Part shown: one piece after another, positions 47,131-59,000 of the stretch
Layout: each line of letters begins with the position of its first letter
How positions within the stretch are numbered: position 1 is the first letter of the stretch
From: Massalongia carnosa
Lineage: Eukaryota
Assembly: GCA_965645245.1 (NCBI GenBank)
Contig: OZ287081.1
Location: forward strand, 620,001-684,000
Length of the DNA stretch: 64,000 nucleotides
Direction of reading: 5' to 3'
Position numbers and translations under genes: made by a program
Notes under the pieces: generated by a model
Told to the model about the DNA's origin: nothing
The model's database searches: none
What the model saw: the letters and a program-made list of their open reading frames with translations, nothing else

Positions 47131-50110
47131 AAATGACCTGTGGTGAGCTAGAGTTAAGAAGCAAGATGAAGTGCTGATGCTTCTGTGACGTGGCACTGCT
47201 TATAACAAGCTTCTTAATGGATGGTGATATAAGGTTTACTAGGACGTGCAAACTTTTTCTTTAAAAAATCAAGAAACACGACTTAGTTTTACGGTTCTTG
47301 CGCAGAGATAGAGAAAACTAGAAAAGAAGGAAACCACAACATAGGGCGACTGGATAGATTGTGCTCAAGGCTTGGAAGGATACCTGGATTGAAAATAAGG
47401 AGCATGTGAACGAAAATAACAAATACGTGATTAAAAGGTGATGAACACGAGAGTATCATCGTTGGCTCATTAGACTGTTTTAGTTGGTAAAAAAATCACC
47501 GATCACCACTACATGTTACCCTTGCACACACGATGCAGTTGCATTCCATGAAGACTTTCATTAACTTAAAACAACGACGCAGAGCCTTCTAAATACGCTG
47601 TAACAAAACCGCTGGCATACCATTATATGCTGCTTCAGCGAAAGAGCTGCATCGTTTTCCATTTCCCGAAGTAGACATCCTCCACCAGCGTGATCGGAAT
47701 ACCTTTCACACTGGGTTCCAGTTTCCACCTCGTCCCTCTGTCAATATCCTTCTCCTCAAAAACCATCGTTTGATTATGTGGCTGATAAGTTTATACTGAT
47801 ACCTCTATTTTGCAATTCTATATCTTTTTCTTTTATTCCAGTTTACTTCAATCCACACTTATCTCAAGTTCCCACTATTTTTATGTTCTCCCCATGCTTA
47901 ATAAAGGCTAGGTAAAGAGCCTTGGAAGAGTATGCTATATCTAACCCAGGAGGAGAAATGTTCTCTCATACCCAAGCTTTCAAGCTGAGTTGGAAAAAAA
48001 ACCACACAGTCCGTGGGTTCGTCACAAGTAGAATCCTCGCCAGTGTTCGAAATGACTCGAGTTGATTTGCAAGCGAGCCTGAGAAGCTTCTTGTGCCATT
48101 CCAAGGCTATTACGATTTAAGTATATTACGTTCTAGCCTTGATTTATTTTTCTATATAGATACCAGACTTTAAGGAGTTGAGGGCTATGTGCTATTTTGG
48201 TTCTTCAAGGATACTACACAAATATTTACAAGTGGAGAGTGTTCGCTGAAGGGCTTCCTTATGTATCATTTCGAATCGTGGTTCGAGAACGAACATCTGA
48301 CGGCACAAAGGATCTGTCCTAGAACCGTAACATATCTGCACTCCCTAAGGTGGATCCTGGCTCTTTAAGGTCTTCCGGGCTCTCTAAACCCATGAAGGTT
48401 CGAATGAGACAGTAGATAGGGAAATAAAATATGACACAGTATGATGTTTATACACGAAGCCATTATCTGTATTGCTTTCAGGTGTTCGTATGTTATATTG
48501 AGCACATGAAATATACCCAAGCGGCTATATTCGATGAGAACGTATTCACTGTTGCTGGTGGTATAGTGAGTTAACATCTCAACTTAGCTCAACTGAACGG
48601 GAGACGCTCGCGATCAACCACTTGCTTTCTCGGTGAAAGAGCTGGTAAAAATGCGCAAAAGCAGTAACTAGTTCATAATAGCAAAACAGCGTACTCTGTA
48701 CGAAGTACTTTGTATCAAAAGAGTACATACTCCTATCTGGCCATGCACCTAGAAGCTAATCAGTCGAATGCCGGGGAAATCCTGCAAAGGTTGCGAGTAC
48801 CGTCTGCAGGTCGAGCCTCATGTGATTGGGTGTGACTGGCTTTGCAGTCCTTTGGTTTCATGTTTGAACTTTGCACTCATTAGCCTTCTGACTAAGTTAC
48901 TTCCGGCTAGCTACTTCTGGCTGAGAGGTAACAGCAAATCTACTGTGTAGGCGGAGGACATGTACCGCAGGTTGAAGGCGGCACTGCGTGTATGGATCAC
49001 GACATGCCAAGGAAAATGGGGTGTAGCACAACATGCCATCCATAAGCTTTTGCCCCTTTCAGTGTGGGGAAATAGGTGTGCCAAATACAGAATCCAGGTT
49101 ACCTGGCACGGTTAATGATTGAGGCTGACGAAATGAAAATATCGGAGTGTAATGAGGAGCTTAATAGCCGCCTTGCCTTCTGCGGACACGGTCGGATTGG
49201 GCATGAACACCGCAAATAAGACCGCACTCAGCGACAAAAGATTTAAACTTCCCAAGGGTGCGATGTGATGGATGGGGGTGTACTCCGTGGCCTGTAATGG
49301 ATACTTTCCATGGGTACCAAACGCAACACTTTCTCCAGCAATTGCCAAACCTTCATCGAATAGGGGCAGGAATACTGGCGGCTAGCGGAGAAGGATGCAC
49401 GCCCAAAGAGAGAATTCGCTTAATGTGAAGTGCCATCATTGCATGATGGAAAGCCACTTCCGTTAGGATCTCGGCGGATCTCGTCTCGAAAAGGCCTGGA
49501 TGGGACGATGATGTTTACGAGCAGCGTCGATCATGGATTGGAAATCCGTGCTGATTTAAACGATCTATTGATGCCTCTGGTAAGGCAAAATGGAGCCTTA
49601 ACGCACAAGAGCCTTCTTATTGCCTCGTATTGGCGAAGCTTCTGATGAGGTATTTGTGTATTTGTTTGCGTCATCCAAAGACCCTTATGACGGCTAAATG
49701 TTCTTTCTCGTTCGAATTATACAGGAAAGTACTCTGTACAGAGCACTCTTGTACCATACGAGCACAATGCATCGAAGCCTAACATGCTGCTGGCTTAATC
49801 GGGTCGCTTCTTTGCAGGATAACCCCAGTTCTCACCGACTTTCTCGCCGAAGGGCCGAAGGGTATAAATCCCTCGAACAGTCAGGCTAAGGGTACTAAAC
49901 GCTGATGCTGGTGAGAATACCGAACGAATGGATTTTTACAGAGCACTCGATACAGAGTACTTCGTACCAGTGCAAAGAGTAGTACAGAGCAGAGACCGGG
50001 TAACAATGAAACGTCTAGGTGCTGCCTTTCTCGTAATGTACGGAGTACATCTACTCCGTACATCCCCCATGCTCGACGTCTTCCCATATCATGTGAGGAG
50101 GAGGTGACGC

Positions 50111-51899
50111 ATTGGAAAGGACAGGGGAGGGATCGATTTTAAATTCTCGGGGGACCCCTCGACTCTCCTCCAATCACAAAATTTGCATCACACTTATTTA
50201 TTATTCCCGTCCATCCCCCAGTTTATTTCCCCCACTCACCATCCTGGCATTTTCTGTCACTTTCGTTCCCGCGACAAAAAAGCGGTAAGACGCTACCACA
50301 ACTCCCTAAAAACCCTAAAAACCCTCCCCCCCAATTACACAACTCCCTTTCTCCTTTCCCTTCACTGGCTCGCTCAACACTCCAATCATCACTTCTGTCT
50401 TCCTACGGGTGATCTACTGCATCGCGATTAGAAAAACCTATCGTTGTGCAGGACGCGAATAAATCCCATTCCCGCTCCCAATTAAACAACAAACTCTTTC
50501 GATAGGTATCTATCTATTCGAGCTTCAGACGACACGCAAACATCAGGTGATTGCGAAAGTCCCAGATCCACGTTACCCAAACACCACCCTCTCCATCGCA
50601 ACCAATCAAACAGGCGGAGCCTCTTGTTTCATCGTTCGCAGCGCTCGACGTGGTAAGTCACCTCGCTTTACTCTGGACTGAATCCCGCACCTCCACGAGG
50701 GAGAGAGTCGACGATGAATGACGTACCTGACATTGCCTCGCATCGCAGAGAGCATCACATTAATCCCGAACGCCTCAAACCCTAACGCTCCTCGTGCCCA
50801 ATCCTTGGACGGCTGTCGCATAAGCACCGGCGAGAAACAATTGCAACCCGGCTTTCCCGACCGCGTTCATGCGCTTGAGGAACAACTGGATCAGATTGAC
50901 AAACCCCACCGACGCGCCTGCCCAATTCACCTCGAGAAATCAGATCCAAGTCAGATCCCAGAGCTCTGCCGACCACGTTCACCATCATCGTAAAAGGTAT
51001 GTCCTTGAAGGAATTGAATAGCGTTCGTCCAACTGGAAGTTTTTTTTTTTTTTTGGTTCGGGCCCGCATAAGCCTACCGCACACTATGCAGTGCCAACAC
51101 ATCATTTCCAATCACCGCTCTTTCGCACATATCCCAACCTTCTCGCTTCTGCCCATTGCTGCCTTTCTTGTGCAATGCAGCGAATGCTAATTGTCCTTGG
51201 CTTCTTAGACCGGGTAGCCGACACACTTCTGTCGCTATAACCCTGCCTGGCGAGTGGCCCAATCCCTTAGAGGCCCCATCATCCTTCCTAGAAGTGGCCA
51301 CGAACGGCGTGCATCTCTACCATTTACAAGCCCAATTCAAAAGCACAGCCTCACCTTTTTCGAACCGATCGGGGCTAAAGGCCTGAAGAAGTTTAGCCGG
51401 CAAAAAGCAACAACCGCGTTGTTCAGAGCTTCCTATTTCCATCGTCAATTGGGGGTTGCGCCTCAAAGAGACCGCTGGGGCAACCGCCTTCGAAGCCTTG
51501 AACTGGGCGATAGCGTGCTAGCTAGCTGACAACGCATTCGAGTGCCACCGAGGTCCTGCACCCAGGCCCAACCACGTCTGCCACCCAAGAGACGAAGGCC
51601 CTGACATAGCCAGCAGAAGGCAAAGATCAGAATTGCTAAAGAGTCTCAAGATCATCAAAATCTCCAACCTACCTCTGGTTGCTAGTTGGAGGCAGTTTTT
51701 GGTGAGTGAATGCCTACTTTCCGCATTGCTCCAATCAATTCTCCCACCGGGTGGACAGGCGTTAACCGATTTACAGGGCTGCAGCAACACGCATAATACC
51801 TAACCCAATCCTTTTGCTCAACTCCACCGCGAATAAATTTATACTCTCTCACTGGACACCTGTCCTTCCAATCAAAAGGTGTTTACTCTCCTCCATTGG
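50111..51899 (+). promoter_or_regulatory. cluster of CCAAT boxes upstream of hapB
   Basis: CCAAT at 50170, 50331, 50382, 50478, 50602, 50798, 50922, 51108, 51259, 51332, 51731, 51805 and 51868; ATTGG at 50111, 51448 and 51895. Six are CCAATCA. Confidence 0.6.
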
Positions 51900-52040
51900 A
51901 GCCTTCAGTCTTGGCTACATTCGAGTCGCAGCCTATCCTCTGCTTCCTGCCCGCAGTCCTGGGAACTCAGTTAGAATTTGACAGTAACGCGGCGGGGCCT
52001 CGTACTACGGTCGAGCACCTGCACCGCGTTAGATCCACTC

Positions 52041-53189
52041 ATGATGGACTACGCGCAATATCAACCGCCCTCCCATGGGCAGCACCCGCACGCGCCACAC
52101 CTCCAAGGAGGATACCAGAACGCGACACCAAATTCGGGACCAGGAGGAGCGAGCATAGCTTCTTCTCCAAATCAACCGCCGCAGCTTCACCAGCAGCACA
52201 CCCACCAGGCTTCCCCCATCCTACCCTCCCAAAACCACACGTACCAGTCGCAACCACCCCCTCCACCCAGCCACCAAGGTCATCAAGGATTGAGCTACCC
52301 CCAGCCGTACGGCGTCGCCCCATCCAACATGCACCCCCAATACATCTCACCCACCCAAGCGGCGGCGGCAATGGCAACAGCAGCGGCGTCAGGGCAGACA
52401 TACTATCCTTTACCTCAGACTACCATGGCGGACAATCTCCCTCGAGAGTCACCGCGCATGGCGGGTATTGCGGTGAAGAACGAACGAACTCCGCGATCGC
52501 CGCAGCAGGTATCTCACCAAATGCCGCCTCTGCCGTCTCAAGTTCAGATTCACCAGACCCAGAGGATACCACAAGGTCACATGGGTCACCACGTGAGCAG
52601 CCCGATGGCGCAGAGCGCCCAAACGGCGATGATGAATCATCAGCCCCCGCGCAATTCGGTCCCTCCACCGATGCCACCACCGCCCCCTCAACAGCAACAG
52701 CAGCATCCACCTTCCCCGGAAATTGCTGCCAGCGGTGCTGAAGAGGCCCCACTCTACGTCAACGCAAAGCAGTTTCACCGAATACTCAAAAGACGCGTGG
52801 CTCGGCAAAGATTGGAAGAAGCGCTCCGTCTTACTTCCAAAGGTCGAAAACCGTACCTTCATGAGTCGAGGCACAAACATGCTATGCGTAGACCTCGAGG
52901 ACCAGGCGGAAGGTTTCTAACCGCTGATGAGGTCGCGGCGATCGAGAACGACGGCAAGAGTGGAGAGCTTGGGGATGAGCATGGGGACAAGCACGGCCTT
53001 GACGCACCCCCCAAAAGTACCCTGGGCAATTCTCGGGGCGCAGGATCCAAAAGGAAATCTGGCGCGCTAAACGATGACCGAGCAGCACCGGCGGCGAAGA
53101 AGGCCAAGCATGAAGCGCCTCGAAGGAGCACAAGCGGAGAAGACAGCGAAGAAGCGGAAGAGGAGGACGATGGTGAAGATGACACGTGA
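52041..53189 (+). CDS. hapB: CCAAT-binding complex subunit HapB/HAP2 (NF-YA)
   Basis: Q/P-rich N-terminus and the canonical NF-YA core [27 protein letters not shown]...[26 protein letters not shown] at 52041. Confidence 0.96.
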   Translation: MMDYAQYQPPSHGQHPHAPHLQGGYQNATPNSGPGGASIASSPNQPPQLHQQHTHQASPILPSQNHTYQSQPPPPPSHQGHQGLSYPQPYGVAPSNMHPQYISPTQAAAAMATAAASGQTYYPLPQTTMADNLPRESPRMAGIAVKNERTPRSPQQVSHQMPPLPSQVQIHQTQRIPQGHMGHHVSSPMAQSAQTAMMNHQPPRNSVPPPMPPPPPQQQQQHPPSPEIAASGAEEAPLYVNAKQFHRILKRRVARQRLEEALRLTSKGRKPYLHESRHKHAMRRPRGPGGRFLTADEVAAIENDGKSGELGDEHGDKHGLDAPPKSTLGNSRGAGSKRKSGALNDDRAAPAAKKAKHEAPRRSTSGEDSEEAEEEDDGEDDT

Positions 53190-53709
53190 TCTTGACACGT
53201 GGCCAAGCTTATGTAGTGACTTACTCCCATCTCTTCTCTTTCACCTTCTCTTCACGAATTACGCAGCGTTCCTTTTTTTTGGTAGTAACGAGCATTCGTG
53301 ACCCAGTCACCCGTAATGTACGCAGGACGTGTCGTTCTCTCCCTTTCGATTACATGTCGCAGATACCCCCTTTCCTGATCATAAGTTTTACTGGCCCGCT
53401 CGTTTTGCGGATATCGATAGCAACATTGTTGCCGGAATGGTTTTGGCACCTAGATGGAAACTCCTTCAGTGGAAAAAAGGGGCAGATTGGAAACCGGACA
53501 GCTGAGGGAGGAGGAATGGATGGAAATATCGCTCGTTTTGTGAGTGGGAGGTACTTGTCCATTGGTTTTTTGACACTGCCCCGGCCAGATTGACGTTGTC
53601 ACGAATCCCCTTTGTTTCGTACACAGCGCTGTTTTTGCCTGCTTGCTCACGCGTTTCGAAACATTTCGATGAATAAAGAGGAACGGGAGCGGAGGGTTGG
53701 GAAGGTGTA

Positions 53710-53740
<31 letters not shown>

Positions 53741-53899
53741 AAGAGACGAAGAGAGGCTTTTGATGAAGAAAGAGGGGTCTGTATCATATTTTAATCAGTC
53801 CCACACATTGGGAGCTCGCTGGGCGATCGATAGCACCACTACATTCTGTCAAATTTACCTCTAGTTACCTAACCCCAGGAAAATCTCTTCCATCCCATC

Positions 53900-55700
53900 C
53901 GACTACCTATCTATCAATAATCCATCGTCCCTTCCATGAAGGGAAGTGGCTAGGAGCAACCACTTTTCCGCCCAAGGGCCAAAGGTCCAAAAACCTTTAT
54001 CGAACCAATTTTGCTCTCTATACATGCGTATTTCCACCACGGGAGGGGGAGGAAGATTTCCATAGCATCTTAGTGGCAGGGAAGGGAGCTAGAGCCGGAT
54101 ACGGCGTTGGTGTTTTCGGTGCTGGTGCTAACTGGTGCCTGTGCTGGTGCCGGGGCTGGGGAATGAACCAGAATTGTTATTCTCTCTCTCTCTGCAAGCT
54201 TGTCTTGATTTTTTTGCATCCGCCATAGGTTTATTTTCTTCTTTCCATTTTTATATACTCTATTTTTTCCCTTTGTTCTGTTATTTCTCTTTCTTTTCGT
54301 GTTTCTTTTCTTCTCTTCTCTTCCTAGTTACCTAGCTGCCCTTCGATCTATCTGTCTACGTTCCACCCATCCTTCTCCCTTTAGTTATCTTATAAGAGTA
54401 AGGTAGGTAGGTTAGGGATTTCCCTGGCTTTTTTTGCTGCTTCAAGCCGGCCGGCCCCTGCTCATGTTTTTTTTTATTACTTCCGTCTCTCCCCTTCCAT
54501 CCCCATCTCTCATAACCCGTAGTGGGATACTCCCCCCCACTCCTTCTGCATAAATCGTTTCTGGATCGCGCATTTAACTTGCATTTTCGATTCGCCAAAG
54601 GCTACCTACCTACCTGAGAAAGTCAACTTGGCGCTGAGAACAGGTTCGGTTCGTGCCTGGCGAAAATAAGAGAAGAAAGAAAAACAAATTCTCTCCCAAG
54701 CAGCTAGGCCCCAACTCGATGGATGGCATAGGAGTGGAGATCGTGACTTAACCTGAACTCCAATGGAGATCCCTCTATACGGGTAGAAATATCGCGTCCG
54801 ACAGCTGACCTATATATGAACCGGGCAGGTAGGCCTAGCTTACTTCTCCTACGCCGCCGCACCCACTTCCCCAGCCCTGGAGAATAGGTTGGGAAGGATG
54901 AGTAATGTGATCGTGCTTCCAGTGTCTGTCTGGATGCTGGTGGGAGCGGGAAAAGCGGCCTATGACGACCCTCCCCGGAGGGCGAAGGACCTGGAATACA
55001 TGCTGGGAGGGCGGGGTTGGTGTTGAGGTTGAGGTTGGGGATGGGGAGGGTTGAGATAATAGATATGGGAGAGCTAAGGAGGTGGAAGGGGGGATTATGG
55101 AATTGTTGAGCGGTCAGAGGGGGATATGGAACGGTGAGAGAGAATGGAGATGGGGATGGGGATAGTAGGGTGGGGATGAAGGCAGAGCATGTGGTCAGAT
55201 GAAAGGAGTGTAGTGAGATAGGATGAGGGTTGGTAACGGGTCTCGCACATAGTGGGAAAAGATTATGTATGAACGCTAGGATGGAGAATGTACTGATATA
55301 CAACGAATGCATGAGTGAGGCTTTGTGAGGGTTGATCAAATTGTACATATTGTACCATGGGAAGCTCAAACCTCTTTTTGGTTCGGGAACGGATGATGCG
55401 GCTCTGCGAAACGGGGCTGATATCTATGTCCCCGTGGATACACTCGTCTTCGGCATTTCCTACCATGCCGTGAAACAGCCACGACCCGCGTATCGTTCCC
55501 AGCGCAACCTCGGAGTACCTATTATTATCCCCTCGCTTGACTCCCCCACGCTCACGTACAGGCGTAGATATTTATGTACCTTTTGCTATCCTGTTTCTTG
55601 TTCTACTTCTCTTTTCGTGCTTCTCCAAACTCCCGTAAGTATTCCCTTCTTGCGAAGATTCGCCAAAATGCACAAAAAGTTCGAGGGCAGAGGCTTGGAA
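53900..55700. ncRNA. candidate structured noncoding RNA locus (identity unresolved)
   Basis: No credible ORF. Many nested inverted repeats, e.g. agctaggcc 54702-54710 / ggcctagct 54832-54840; gggaacg..gcgg 55385-55401 / ccgc..cgttccc 55486-55500 enclosing two internal hairpins; gagggttga..tcaaacctc 55327-55374. Confidence 0.3.
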
Positions 55701-56021
55701 CGGGGTTTCGGCTAGCTACCTTGGGGACTGAGGTCTGCTCGCTGGCGGAAGATGGTTGGTTTGGAAGGTTGAAGCGTGTCTTGTGTGATATAGAGAGGGG
55801 TGGGGTTTGTGTATATACTCTGTAACGTACGTGAAACGTTAAATATGTAGTTGTACGAGTAACATTGTTCGCGAAAGACGTTCACCCGGCCCAAGCGAAA
55901 AAGCGTTAGAAAGTGAAGCTCTTCTGCTTACGTAACCGACTAGAGACTTTGCCTTATTGCTTGATGGAGATCTTGACACGCGGGACAGATCTCTTCTTCT
56001 CGCTGAAAAACATCAACCATC

Positions 56022-59000
56022 ATGTGGTTAAGGGAACTTCCACAGGCATCGTTGTTGGTGCCACTATTGGCCGCTCAGCTTCTATGGACGACGGGGGTAG
56101 ATGCAAGAGACAAAAAGGGCCCGACCATCTCCCAGACCAAACTTGACAACCCTCCAGCCAACTTTTTTTATTTCGAAGATTCTGACACCCTCCTTATCCA
56201 CGATCGAGAAGCCGGTACGGTACTCCGATCCGATGATGCCGGCGAGAAGTGGAAGCTCGTCGAAGAAATTGATAAAGGGCAGGCCTGGGATGTTCAGCCT
56301 CACCCCTTCGACAATCAAGTGGCGTATGTCCTGGGGGAGGACCATAGACATTGGATTACGACCGATCAGGGCAAATCATGGACGGAATTCAAAACCGATG
56401 CCCCTCCTTCCCTCTTCCAGCCACCGTTGAGCTTCCACGCCGAGGATAGGGATAAGGTTCTACTTCATACGCAGGAGTGCCAGGGGTTGTTCAACTGCGA
56501 AGATAACGATTACTATACCAAGGATGGTTTCAAGAGCGTCGAATTTCTTCGGAAAGACACCCGGAGCTGCATCTTTGCGCGCTCTACTCCCCATTCGCAA
56601 GCAAGCCACGCTGACATTCCCGAAGATCGCATCGTATGCGTGGTCCGGGGAAAGCATTCGCCGTGGCCCAAGGATCATCGAATCGTAGTGTCTGATAACT
56701 ATTTCGAAGATGAATTCGAGCCTTACCTTCAAGGTGATCGGACGGTACACGGGATCATAAAGATGGCGATGGTCAAGGGCTATCTTGTCGCGGCGGCAAA
56801 GGCCGAGCACACAACCGAGATGGCATTGTACGTCACTAAAGACGCAACGACATGGCACAGGGCAGAATTCCCAAAGGATCACAAATTAGAGGAGGATGCT
56901 TATACCATTCTGGAGTCTACAAATTACAGTATTCAGGTAGATGTGATGACCACCAAGCCGATCAATCCTATGGGCGTATTATTCACCAGTAACTCAAACG
57001 GCACATATTTCACCCGGAATATTGAGCACACCAACCGGAATTACGAAGGCAATATAGATTTTGAAAAAATTCAAGGAATTCAAGGCATTGTCCTCGTGAA
57101 CGTTGTGGACAACTGGAAGGATGTTATTCGCTCTCCTCAAAAAACGACCAAGAAGATCAAGACCCTGATTACCTTCGACGATGGGAGGACGTTTGCGCCG
57201 GTTACAGCCAACAAGAAAGAGCTGCATTTGCATTCCGTATCCGATGTCTCCAACTTCTTCGGGAGAATATATTCCAGCCCAGCTCCTGGCATAGTGATGG
57301 GTGTGGGCAATACCGGCGATTATCTCAAAGACTATGTCGATGGGGACCTTTATGTTTCCGATGATGCAGGTCTCACATGGTACAAAGCCCTAGACGATGC
57401 CCATAGGTATGAAGTTGGTGATCAAGGCTCTATTCTAGTTGCCATCAACGATGAGGGTCTTACCAGCAAGATTTCCTACTCTATCGATCATGGCAAAACT
57501 TGGGAAACTGCAGATCTGGGCGAGAAAGTTCGAGCAAGGGTCCTGACGACAACGCCCGATTCAACTAGTCTAAAGTTTGTGCTCCTAGCCACTGTTGATA
57601 AGAAGCATGACTACATTTTCTCTATTAATTTTGAAGGCCTTCATGAGAGGAAATGCGAGGATGACGATTTTGAGGACTGGTATGCTCGGCTCGATGAGAA
57701 GGGGCAGCCGGACTGCCTTATGGGCCATAAACAAAAATATCGAAGGCGCAGGGCAGACAGGGATTGCTTCGTGGATGAAGAGTTTAAAGAACCACTACCG
57801 CAACCTGAGGTGTGCCCCTGCACCAAGGAAGATTTTGAGTGCGACTACAATTTCGTCAAGAACGCTGAGGGCGACAACTGTGTGCCCGCCGGCGTAATGC
57901 CAGAACCTAAAGGCCAATGTAAGGATGGTGATGAAAGCTACAAGGGACCGTCTGGCTTGAGACTCATCCCTGGGAATAACTGTCTCCGCAAAGGGGATAA
58001 TGAGCTTGACAAAGAAGTCGACCGGCCGTGTAAGGAGTCCGTTAAGAAACCTGTGAGCGGGAAGATTACGCACGAAACCCACTCTTTTCGCGCAAGCTTT
58101 TTCAAGGAACATTATTATCTGGAGCGATCCGAGACCAGCTCAGGTGATGATCAAACGGTCATCATGCGAACCGATGAGATGGAAATTTACATTTCAAAAG
58201 ATCATGGTAAAACCTGGAACCAGATCTTTAAAGGCGAAGAAATTACCGCGATATATCCGCACCCATATAATAACGATGCGGTTTTTTTCCTGACCGCAGG
58301 CAAAAATGTTCATTACACGGTAAATCGAGGTAATACTTGGGACAAATTCAATGCTCCGGAGGAGCCCACGCATGATAGATTGCAGGTCATGGGGTTTCAT
58401 GCGGACTCCATGAATTGGCTCCTTTGGACTGGTGCCGTAGGTTGCTCGGCGTCCAGCAAGGGTGAATGTCATTCCGTCACATCTTACAGTACCGATAGAG
58501 GCGACACTTGGAACACACTGGTTCGTTACGTTCGTAAATGCGAGTTTATCAAGAAAGAAGGTCGAGGCGGGAGTGAAAAGTTGGTATATTGCGAGCAGTA
58601 TAAAGACGAGAAGCTAGACAGTCCGCTTCAGCTCCTTTCAAGCGATGATTGGTTTGCGGACTCCAAGGTGCAATTCGGCGACATTATTGACTTTGCCACA
58701 ATGTCTGAGTTCATCATCGTGGCCGCCAAGGATCGCGACCAGAAATCTCTCAAAGTCGATGCAAGTGTAGATGGGAAAACCTTTGCCGATGCAATGTTTC
58801 CGTCCAATTTCCATGTGCCCCACCAAAAGGCGTACACCGTGCTCGACAGCTCTACCCATGCTGTCTTCCTGCATGTGACGGTGGAGAATCGGGAGGATTT
58901 TGAATACGGTACTATTGTTAAGAGCAATAGCAACGGTACCTCGTATGTCTTAAGTCTCGGAGGAGTGAATAGAAACAAGGCAGGCTATGTTGATTTCGAA

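Noticed and set aside
50778..50786. AACCCTAAC as a telomerase RNA template
   Set aside because: It lies in what looks like the spliced hapB leader, with no associated pseudoknot-like elements seen; better explained as a telobox or chance.
54610..54670. TPP riboswitch (ctgaga motifs)
   Set aside because: Lacks the GATC/TGGATAAT..CCAGCG core and there is no thiamine gene next to it.
54704..55369. 221-aa minus-strand ORF
   Set aside because: Non-ATG start, and its composition is dictated by C/T-rich low-complexity DNA; no protein-like features.
55405..55425. RNase MRP CR-V-like acggggctga
   Set aside because: No upstream GAAAGTCCCC CR-I partner; the motif pairs locally with ccccgt.
55630..55643. 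U1 snRNA 5' end (minus-strand atacttac)
   Set aside because: It continues ggg rather than ctg, and no U1 stem-loops or Sm site follow.
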